Shown here in pieces: positions 17,281 to 25,201 of a DNA stretch of 64,000 bases. Source of the stretch: Gammaproteobacteria bacterium. Its GTDB lineage: Bacteria > Pseudomonadota > Gammaproteobacteria > JABABF01. A model generated the notes under the pieces. That model worked only from the letters and a program-made list of their open reading frames with translations. It did not search any database and had not been told where the DNA came from. Position numbers and translations under genes: made by a program. The stretch lies in the NCBI GenBank assembly GCA_965237805.1, contig OZ250153.1, positions 160,001 to 224,000 of the forward strand, read 5' to 3'. The first letter of the stretch is position 1, and each line of letters opens with the position of its first letter.

Positions 17281-18800
17281 GTAGCTCTGACTGGCAGCCC
17301 ACCCTAGCAGAGTACCGTCGCCGTCTCGCAGCCGGACGTGCTATGGGCGGCTCCGAGCGGGTGGCCAAGCGCCACCAGCGCGGGCAGGCCAACGCCCGTG
17401 AACTAATCGAGCTGTTATGCGATCTCGGCAGCTTCAAAGAGCTGGGTACACTGGCTGGTGGCTATAGCTATGACGGTGGCCTGACGGCTCCGGCCGACGC
17501 CCTGATCGGTGGTACCGCCACCATCGATAGCCGTCCTATCGTGCTTGGTGCCGAGGATTTCACCGTCATGGGTGGCTCCATCGGTGCCGCTACCAATGCC
17601 AAGAAAGTGCGTTTGGCCACGCTGGCCGCGCAGGAGGGGGTGCCCTATCTGATGTTCCTCGACGGTGCCGGTGAGCGCCTCGGTGGCAAGCCCGAGCGGC
17701 GCGCCTATTCACCCAATGACATGCAGTTGGTGGCACAGCTGTCGGGATTGGTGCCGACCATCGCCGTCATCATCGGTTCCTCGGCGGGGCACGGTGCCAT
17801 CACCGGATTGTTGATGGACTTTGTCATCATGTTGCGCGGTAGCGTTTTGTTTTCGGCCGGGCCGCCGCTGGTGCGTGCTGCCATCGGCGAAGAGGTCAGC
17901 AAGGAGGAGCTGGGTGGTGCCGAGATGCATACGGCGCAGAGCGGTGTCGCACACAATTTGGTCGAGGATGCCGCCGAGGCCTGTCTGCTGGTGCGGCGCT
18001 GGCTGTCCTTTCTGCCGAGCAGCGCACGAGAGCGGCCGCCAGCGGCGCGTAGCGGCGGCGCACAACGCGCTCCCAGAACGCTGAACAAGATTCTCGATCT
18101 GATTCCTAATTCCAATGAAATGTCCTATGATGTCACCAGTGTGATCAAAGAGTTGATCGATTCACCGGAGGAATGGCTTGAGTTTCAGCCGGCCTTTGGC
18201 AAGGCCATCATTTGCGGCTTGGCACGGCTCGGTGCTCACAGCGTGGCTCTGGTTGCCAATCAGCCGCTGGTGCAGGCCGGGGCGATCACTAAAGATGCTG
18301 CCGACAAGGCGACCCATTTCCTCAAGCTCTGCGATGCCTACCACCTGCCGGTGATCTTCTTGGCCGACAATCCCGGGGTGATGTCTGGCAGCCAAGCCGA
18401 GCGCGCCGGCACACTGCGGGCGGCGGCCGCGATGTATGCAGCGCAGTGCCGTTATCGGGGTGTCAAATTACATGTCACGCTGCGCAAGGCCTTCGGTTTT
18501 GGCAGCTCGCTGATGGGCATGAACCCCTTTGATGGGCAGACTGTCTCCTATGCACTGCCCGGCATCTCGCTGGGGGCCATGCCAGCCAGCGGTGGTAGCG
18601 ACGCCGCCAATTTGGATGCCGAGGCGCGTCGGGCAGCGGTGGAGGTGCAAAACCAGAGCACTTGGACTGCGGGCGACAATATGGCCTTTGATGAGATCAT
18701 CGAGCCGACTGAACTGCGCAATGCGCTGTTGCGCGGTTTGCTGCTGAGCGCACGGCGGCGCGCACTGGCACCAGAGCCCGGCCCCGGCGTGCTGCCCTGA
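17277..18800 (+). CDS. Acyl-CoA carboxylase-type carboxyltransferase subunit
   Basis: AMGG.ERV, DFTVMGGS, ELGGAEMH..SGV, VALVANQP, LPVIFLADNPG, LRKAFG; ATGA overlap with the ligase. Confidence 0.9.
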   Translation: MSSSDWQPTLAEYRRRLAAGRAMGGSERVAKRHQRGQANARELIELLCDLGSFKELGTLAGGYSYDGGLTAPADALIGGTATIDSRPIVLGAEDFTVMGGSIGAATNAKKVRLATLAAQEGVPYLMFLDGAGERLGGKPERRAYSPNDMQLVAQLSGLVPTIAVIIGSSAGHGAITGLLMDFVIMLRGSVLFSAGPPLVRAAIGEEVSKEELGGAEMHTAQSGVAHNLVEDAAEACLLVRRWLSFLPSSARERPPAARSGGAQRAPRTLNKILDLIPNSNEMSYDVTSVIKELIDSPEEWLEFQPAFGKAIICGLARLGAHSVALVANQPLVQAGAITKDAADKATHFLKLCDAYHLPVIFLADNPGVMSGSQAERAGTLRAAAAMYAAQCRYRGVKLHVTLRKAFGFGSSLMGMNPFDGQTVSYALPGISLGAMPASGGSDAANLDAEARRAAVEVQNQSTWTAGDNMAFDEIIEPTELRNALLRGLLLSARRRALAPEPGPGVLP

Positions 18801-18816
18801 ACGGCGGCGCAGCGCG

Positions 18817-19377
18817 ATGGTGACATCACAACCCGCTGCAGAGGCGGCTCCCATCGCTGTGCTCTTTGTCTGTTTGGGCAACATCTGCCGTTCGCCCAGC
18901 GCCGAGGCGATTTTCCGCCAGCGAGCCGAGCGGCGCGGCTGGGCGCGGTATTTCCACATCGCCTCCTGTGGCACGGCCGCTTTCAATCAAGGCCACGCTG
19001 CCGACCCGCGGGCGCGTGCCGCCTGTGAGCGCCGCGGCTATGATCTGAGCGGTCACTGTGCGCGGCAGATCCTCGATGAAGATTTCGAGCGCTTCGATTA
19101 TTTGCTCGCGATGGATCAGCAGAACCTGAGCTCGCTACAGGCGTGGCAAACTGCTACTTTCAGCGGCACCATCGCCCTGCTGCGCCAGTACGAGCAGAGC
19201 CGAGGCAGCGGTAGCCAGATCGGTGACCCCTACTACCAACAGGGTGAAGTATTCGACAGCATGGTCAGCTTGTTGGAGCGCTGCTGCGATGGCCTGCTCG
19301 ATCATTTGCAGCCACAGCTCGCAGCTGGCGATGCAGTCGATGTCCCTGCGGCGGGCAGCGGGCAGCCGCGGCGATGA
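18817..19377 (+). CDS. Low molecular weight protein-tyrosine phosphatase
   Basis: VCLGNICRSP P-loop, LAMD, DPYY. Confidence 0.94.
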   Translation: MVTSQPAAEAAPIAVLFVCLGNICRSPSAEAIFRQRAERRGWARYFHIASCGTAAFNQGHAADPRARAACERRGYDLSGHCARQILDEDFERFDYLLAMDQQNLSSLQAWQTATFSGTIALLRQYEQSRGSGSQIGDPYYQQGEVFDSMVSLLERCCDGLLDHLQPQLAAGDAVDVPAAGSGQPRR

Positions 19378-20225
19378 AATTTGTGCTGTCCACCTTCATG
19401 ACCCCGGTGGCCGAGTTGCCGGCCTTGGCACCAGTGGCCGAAGAGAGCGGCTGGGAGGCCGTGGCTTTCTCCGACCACATCGTGCATCCGGAGCGGATCG
19501 ACATGCCCTACCCTTACACCGAGGATGGCTCGCGCCGCTGGGAAGCTTTCACCGACTGGCCCGATCCGCTGGTGATGATCGGAGCCTTGGCGACCGTGAC
19601 CGAGCGCCTGCGTTTCACCAACAACGCCTTTGTGTTGCCGATACGCAATCCCTTTCTCGTTGCCAAGGCGGTGTCCACCTTGGCGGTGCTGTCGGACAAT
19701 CGGCTGACGCTGACCATCGGCGTCGGCTGGAGCAAGGATGAGTTCGGTCTGATGGGGCAGGATTTCCACAACCGCGGGCGGCGCGCCGACGAGATGGTTG
19801 AGGTGATGCGCAAACTGTGGAGCGGCGAGATGGTCTCGCATGAAGGGAGCTATTACCGCTTCGGCCCGCTGGAGATGAACCCAGCACCCAGTGCGCCGAT
19901 ACCGATCTGGGTCGGCGGTATCTCCGAGGCCGCTCTGAGCCGTGCGGCGCGCATCGGCGATGGCTGGCTCAGCGACTGGCAGAGCAGTGAGGAAATCCTC
20001 AGCAGCGTCGCCAGCGTGCGCCGCCAGCGGCTAGCACTGGGACGCAGCGAGCATTTTGATGTGATGGCCACGCCCAGCGATGCCTTCGATGTGGCTGGCT
20101 ACCAGTGGCTCGAGGCCGGTGGCGTGACCCATATCCTCTTCCAGCCCTACGCCCACGACGCGCCGTTGGCCGAAAAGCAGGATGTCTTGCGCAGCTTCGG
20201 GCAGCAGGTGATCGGAGCGTTTTAG
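19374..20225 (+). CDS. LLM class F420-dependent oxidoreductase (TIGR03619-like)
   Basis: FSDHIVHP....YPYT.DG, WPDPLV, GVGWSKDEF, PIWVGG.S.AAL.RAA..GDGW. Confidence 0.88.
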   Translation: MKFVLSTFMTPVAELPALAPVAEESGWEAVAFSDHIVHPERIDMPYPYTEDGSRRWEAFTDWPDPLVMIGALATVTERLRFTNNAFVLPIRNPFLVAKAVSTLAVLSDNRLTLTIGVGWSKDEFGLMGQDFHNRGRRADEMVEVMRKLWSGEMVSHEGSYYRFGPLEMNPAPSAPIPIWVGGISEAALSRAARIGDGWLSDWQSSEEILSSVASVRRQRLALGRSEHFDVMATPSDAFDVAGYQWLEAGGVTHILFQPYAHDAPLAEKQDVLRSFGQQVIGAF

Positions 20226-20373
20226 GCGCAGCTCCAGTGACCCAGACCCGGTGATAGTTCCCAGCGACCACCAAACACGATAGGGATTCAAGGATTCTAT
20301 ACGGGTGAATCTTAGCGATTTCCAGCTGCTCGGTGTTTTTCAGTCTTTGCCACTCTGCAGGAAGTCATCGCTC

Positions 20374-20510
20374 GGGCGCAGTGCCTTAGCTGTTGTGCCC
20401 TATAGTCGCCTTGGGTGGGCGTGTAAGAGCCGATGCAGATGAGCAGTCAAGGCGACAGTGCCGCTCTGTAGTGCCATCTGCAGGGGCAGGACAGACACTG
20501 TGAATCGCCC
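20374..20510. other. Candidate structured intergenic element (long stem enclosing a pseudoknot-compatible core)
   Basis: Nested and crossing inverted repeats found by eye in a 294-bp gap between convergent genes. Confidence 0.3.
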
Positions 20511-20519
20511 ATTCTCCGA

Positions 20520-21542
20520 CTAGCCGCTCTTGCTGCGCACGGCAGCGCCCAGCTCGCAGAGCACATCCAGCCCACCGCTCAGCATACTCAGGCAGAGCCG
20601 GTCGGCCATCGGGCCACGGGTGGCGATCAGCTGCTCTGCCGCCTCCTCCGGGTCGCCGCTGACCACGACGGCATCAAGCAGCTCATCGTCGATCAGGGCA
20701 CCCATGCGCGCCCAGTCACCGCTGCGCGTCAGCTCCCGCAGCTGGGGTTGCAAATCGCCCCGGCCCATGCAGTCCAGCACCGGTTTGTAGGCCGGGGTCG
20801 AGCCGTAGAAAGCCAGCTGTGCACGCGCCACTTCGCGCGCTTCTCGCAGCTCCTTGGCATCGCGCCCCACCGCTGTCATCACTTGGCAGCAACGCTGCAC
20901 ACTGTCGGCACTGCGGGTGGCCCGCGCCAAGCCGCGATCCAGCGAGGCCTGTGTTAACTGTTCCAAGCTCTCGGCCGTGTGCAAGGGGTGGATCAGGAAG
21001 CCATCGGCGATCTCCGCCGCCATCGCGGTCATGGCCGGGCCGACGCCAGCCAAGAAAATCGGCGGTCGACCGTGCGGATTGGGCCCCGGATTGAACAGTG
21101 GTGGCATCAGGGTATGGGAGTAGAACTCGCCGCGGAAATCCAGCGCCCCGCCCTTTTCCCAGACATCCCAGATGGCGTGGATTGCACGCACCATTTCCCG
21201 CATCCGCGCCACCGGCTTGGACCAAGGCATGCCGAAGCGTCGCTCGATATGGGGTTTGATCTGGGTGCCCAAACCCAGTGCGAAGCGGCCATCAGATACC
21301 AGCTGCAAGTCGTTGGCCAGCTGCGCGAGCACGGTTGGTGTGCGCGCAAAACCGACGGCGATGGCCGAGTAGAGCAAGACGTGCTGGGTGTGGCGGGCGG
21401 CGATGGCCAGCGGTAAAAAAGGCTCGTGCGGACCCTCAAAACTGTAGAGGCCATCGAAGCCAGCATCCTCTAAGCGTTCGGCGACCGCGGCGGCCTCGGC
21501 CGGATTGCCGACCAGCAATGGAGCATCTATCTTCATTGTCAT
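20520..21542 (-). CDS. LLM class F420-dependent oxidoreductase (TIGR03617-like)
   Basis: EGPHEPFLPL, GLGTQIKPHIERRF, FYSHTLMPP, AFYGSTPAY. Confidence 0.9.
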   Translation of the reverse strand: MTMKIDAPLLVGNPAEAAAVAERLEDAGFDGLYSFEGPHEPFLPLAIAARHTQHVLLYSAIAVGFARTPTVLAQLANDLQLVSDGRFALGLGTQIKPHIERRFGMPWSKPVARMREMVRAIHAIWDVWEKGGALDFRGEFYSHTLMPPLFNPGPNPHGRPPIFLAGVGPAMTAMAAEIADGFLIHPLHTAESLEQLTQASLDRGLARATRSADSVQRCCQVMTAVGRDAKELREAREVARAQLAFYGSTPAYKPVLDCMGRGDLQPQLRELTRSGDWARMGALIDDELLDAVVVSGDPEEAAEQLIATRGPMADRLCLSMLSGGLDVLCELGAAVRSKSG

Positions 21543-21634
21543 GGCATTTCATTAGACGACGAGTGGGGATCTTAGGCAGTGCTCTACGCACCGGCTGGCC
21601 ACTATCAATATATCAGCTGCGTTGCTGCGCTCCA

Positions 21635-24600
21635 TCAGTCGGCGACCTGCACGCCGGCTCGATCCAGCGCCAGCTCGTGCAGCTGGGCTAACAGTGGAAA
21701 ATATAATGCACAACGCAGCACTCGCCCTGGATCCAATGCACGCAGCGCCACTGCGTAGAGCCCGAGCTGGGCGCGGTAGCTGTCTTCTTCACTTTGCAAA
21801 AAGTCCGCCAAACTCTGCCCAGCACGCGGTTCGCTGCTCTTATAGTCGATGATCCAGCGCTCGCCGTCGGCGACAAAGCTGCGATCGACACGCGCCTGGC
21901 GCAGCGCCCCGCCCTCGTCGAAGTAGAGTAGCGACAACTCGCTCTCGGCCTGTTCGCGCGCCGGATCCAACAGCCAGCGTCCGCGTTCGTCGGCCAGTGC
22001 GCCGCGCACTCCGCGCCGCAGCTTGGCCAAGCCCGCGCGCAGCACCTCAGTGGCCAGCCCCGCCTCGCGCAGCTCAGCTGCCCACACCCGCTCTGCCGCT
22101 TGCAGGCGAGTCTCGTCGCCGTGCCAGCGCGCCGCCCCCTCCAGTGAGATCTGCTCCAGCGCATCGTGCATGACGGTGCCGATGCGCCGCGCCGCCCAGT
22201 TGTCACTACCGAAGCGGGTCTCTACAGTCGTCGGCGGCGCATCGCTGCGGGCACCGGAGAATAGCTGCGGCCCGGCTCGCGCCAGCGGCGGGCGCTGCCA
22301 GCTGGCGTGCAGCCGCCGCTGGCCGGGCGGGTGGCCGGGCGCACTGAGCCCGATCGTTGCGGGCATGATCGCCAGTTTTTCTGCTCCTGTTGTCGCCGGT
22401 GCTACCGGTACGAATGCCGCGCGCAGCGCTGGCAGCTGCCACAGCAAGTGCAGTGCGCTACCGCCTCTCGCGCCGCCCTGTGCCTCGTCGCGCTTGACTT
22501 TGGTGCAGGCCGATAGATGCAGGCGACGAATGGCGCGCGTCGCGGCGACATAGAGTAAGCGCTGCTCTTCCAGCTGCGAGCGAGCCCGGGCCTCGTCTGT
22601 CAGGAATCGATAGAGCCCGTCCTCGGTGCAAGCCACCGGTGGCCGCAGAGCGAAGAGCAGGGCTTCGCTGGCCTCAGCGTCGTCGAAATGGCGGCTCTCC
22701 CAGCGTATCAGTGGTGCTGAGTCGTGGCGATGCCCCCGATGCAAACCACAGAGGATCACGGTGTCAAATTCGAGGCCTTTGGCGTTGTGGATGGTCATCA
22801 GCTGCAGGCTGTCATCGCCAGCCGGTGCCGCATAGAGCTGTTGCAGGCGCTGCGCGAGCTGCGTCGCCGATGGGGTACCGTCCCATTCGCGCAGCAGTGT
22901 GAACAGTGTCTCCACATCTTCCAACTGATCCACATCCGGCAAGAAACAGGCTGGGCCGCTCAGTGCCAGCCACGCGCTGTACACCAAGTCGGTGTGGGTG
23001 ACGCGCCCGCGCCGTGCCATCGCTGGTGACAGCGCCGCCACAAAACGCGCCAAGCGCTCTCGCTCGGCAGTGGCCAGCGCCCCCCCGTCGCGCTCCACTG
23101 CGGCGAGGCAACGCTGCCAAAGCGACTGCGGTGCCCCGGTTGCCAGCCATTGCAACGCGGCATGACCGAGGCCGCACCACGGTGCGCGCAGCAGCGCCAG
23201 CCATGCCAGCCGATCCGCGGGGTCGGCCAGTGCCGCACTCAGCGAGGCCAAGTCGAGCACTGCCGGGCGCGTACTCAGCAGATCCATCGCCTCGGCGCTC
23301 CAGCTCAGCCCGGCCCGCGCCATCGCCGGCAGCAGCGCACGCAGATGGCTGCGGTTGCGCACCAGCACCGCGATGCGCCCCTTTGGGCGCTCAGCCCGTG
23401 CCTGTGCGATCCAGTGCAAAACCCGCGCCGCCTCGGCTCGTTCCGCTTCGGTCTGTGTCTTCAGTTGCTGTTCCTCGCCGTAGGGCAGCAGCTCGCAACG
23501 CACTTCGGAGCTTGCGTCGCCACCGTCGAGTATCGCTGTCGCCGAGTGGTACGGCACTACGCCGCGGGCAAGATCTTGCCGCGAGCCGAATAGCGGCCCA
23601 AAATTGTTATTGACCCAGTCGACCAGCTGGGGGCGGGAGCGGAAGTTGGCACTGAGCGTCACAGTTTGCAGTGACAGATCGTTGATGCCCCGCTCCTGCA
23701 AGCGCAGAAATAGCTGCGGGTCGGCATTGCGGAAAGCGTAGCATGACTGCATGCTGTCACCGACGGTGAACAGAGTACACGGTGCCTGCGGGTCGGCCTC
23801 GTTGTACTCTGCCCAGCCCGCCACCAATCGCTCGATCAAATGGAACTGGCTGTGCGAGATATCTTGGAACTCATCTACCAAGATGTGTTTGAGGCGACAG
23901 CCCAGCGCGATCGCCAATTCGCTGGGCGCGGTATCGGCGGCACCCAGCGCACGCGTCGCTGCCATCGCCTGGCTGCTATAGTCGATCTCGCCGCGTTCTC
24001 CAAAAACCAGCTCGAGCCGCGCCGCACTGTGCCACAGCAGTAGCTGAACTGCTGATAAAGCGCGCCATTCGGCATCGTTCAAGCCGCCTGCAGGTAGCTG
24101 AGACAGCGCCCTCAGCGGGGCACTGTCAGCGCCGTGCTGCGACAGTACCTCGAGCAAGATCATCAGCTCCTTTTTGTCTGCATCAGCTGTGCTGTCGGCT
24201 GGGAAACCGGTGCGCCTGTCGATTTTTTTACGCCAAGTGCCCGCGCTGCTTAGCAGCAGGGCGGCGACAGCTGCCCAGACAGCGGCGGCGCGCTGCTCCT
24301 CAGCCACCGTGGGCTGCTCGGTGTGGAGTAGCTGGCGGCACTCCACAGTCAGCTGCTCAGGGGTGTCCTGTCTGGCCAGCGCAATCAGCGTCACTGCCGC
24401 TGGCGATGAGTTCGCACTGTGGCGCAAGTTGCAGGCCGCCGTGGCCAGTAGCGAGGCCACTGTGTCCAGTTTGACGTCTCCCAACAGAGCGCGTGCGGCG
24501 GCGGCTTGTTCGCGCCACAGCTGGCGGCGTCCCGCCTCCAGCGCTGTGCGTGCGTGCAGCCCGTGTTCAGCTGCGTCTATTCCCACATCGAAATAAGTGA

Positions 24601-25201
24601 TCAGCGGCAGCCAGTGGTCGCGCCGTGCCAACATCTCGCTGCATAGATTAAGCACTGATTCGGTGTTGTTATCCTCGCGTGCGAGCAAGATTTCCAAGGC
24701 CGAACCCAGCTCGCCACCCCGTTCCAGCTCGCCGAGCAATCGCCGCGCCGCCTCGTGCCGGCAGCCCGCCTCGTCCTCGCTGATCGGCATCGCGCCGCCG
24801 AGTGTCGACAGCACTGGCAATTGCGATGACAGCCAAGCGCAAAAAGCATCGATGGTCTGCACCTTGAGGCGGGCGGGATCGCTCAGCAGCTGCCAGCCTC
24901 GCTCACGGTCGCGCACCAGCGCTGCATGCGCCAGCGCAAGCGTCTCATCGTGCTCCCCGGCATCGCTTGCGGCGGCGGCCCTGAGGTGCAGCAGCACTCG
25001 CTCGCGCATTTCGGCGGCGGCTTTGCGGGTAAAGGTGAATGCGAGGATCTCTTCGGGTTCCTGCACCCGCGCCAGCAGCGTCAAGTAGCGCCGTATCAGC
25101 AGTTCGGTTTTGCCGGAGCCAGCCGGAGCGACTACGCAGAGGGAGCGCTGCGGATCCAGTGCCAAGCGCCGCGCTTCGGCATCCGGCAGCGTCGTGCTCA
25201 T
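21635..25201 (-). CDS. addA: AddA-like UvrD helicase/nuclease
   Basis: APAGSGKT, TFTRKAA.EM, VDEFQD, VGD.MQS.Y.FR, MTIH.AKGLEFD, LLYVAATRA, C-terminal RVDR...IIDYK nuclease motif. Confidence 0.88.
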   Translation of the reverse strand: MSTTLPDAEARRLALDPQRSLCVVAPAGSGKTELLIRRYLTLLARVQEPEEILAFTFTRKAAAEMRERVLLHLRAAAASDAGEHDETLALAHAALVRDRERGWQLLSDPARLKVQTIDAFCAWLSSQLPVLSTLGGAMPISEDEAGCRHEAARRLLGELERGGELGSALEILLAREDNNTESVLNLCSEMLARRDHWLPLITYFDVGIDAAEHGLHARTALEAGRRQLWREQAAAARALLGDVKLDTVASLLATAACNLRHSANSSPAAVTLIALARQDTPEQLTVECRQLLHTEQPTVAEEQRAAAVWAAVAALLLSSAGTWRKKIDRRTGFPADSTADADKKELMILLEVLSQHGADSAPLRALSQLPAGGLNDAEWRALSAVQLLLWHSAARLELVFGERGEIDYSSQAMAATRALGAADTAPSELAIALGCRLKHILVDEFQDISHSQFHLIERLVAGWAEYNEADPQAPCTLFTVGDSMQSCYAFRNADPQLFLRLQERGINDLSLQTVTLSANFRSRPQLVDWVNNNFGPLFGSRQDLARGVVPYHSATAILDGGDASSEVRCELLPYGEEQQLKTQTEAERAEAARVLHWIAQARAERPKGRIAVLVRNRSHLRALLPAMARAGLSWSAEAMDLLSTRPAVLDLASLSAALADPADRLAWLALLRAPWCGLGHAALQWLATGAPQSLWQRCLAAVERDGGALATAERERLARFVAALSPAMARRGRVTHTDLVYSAWLALSGPACFLPDVDQLEDVETLFTLLREWDGTPSATQLAQRLQQLYAAPAGDDSLQLMTIHNAKGLEFDTVILCGLHRGHRHDSAPLIRWESRHFDDAEASEALLFALRPPVACTEDGLYRFLTDEARARSQLEEQRLLYVAATRAIRRLHLSACTKVKRDEAQGGARGGSALHLLWQLPALRAAFVPVAPATTGAEKLAIMPATIGLSAPGHPPGQRRLHASWQRPPLARAGPQLFSGARSDAPPTTVETRFGSDNWAARRIGTVMHDALEQISLEGAARWHGDETRLQAAERVWAAELREAGLATEVLRAGLAKLRRGVRGALADERGRWLLDPAREQAESELSLLYFDEGGALRQARVDRSFVADGERWIIDYKSSEPRAGQSLADFLQSEEDSYRAQLGLYAVALRALDPGRVLRCALYFPLLAQLHELALDRAGVQVAD

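Noticed and set aside
20226-20365. Protein-like minus-strand frame (LPAEWQRLKNTEQLEIAKIHPYRILESL)
   Set aside because: No start codon after the upstream stop and no recognisable family; at most a remnant.
20226-20519. 6S RNA, SRP RNA, cobalamin riboswitch or hammerhead ribozyme in this gap
   Set aside because: 6S-like words (gagccgat, ttcaagg) are in the wrong order; no SRP core motif; CAGATGA is not the hammerhead CTGATGA core; the region is not 5' of a gene.
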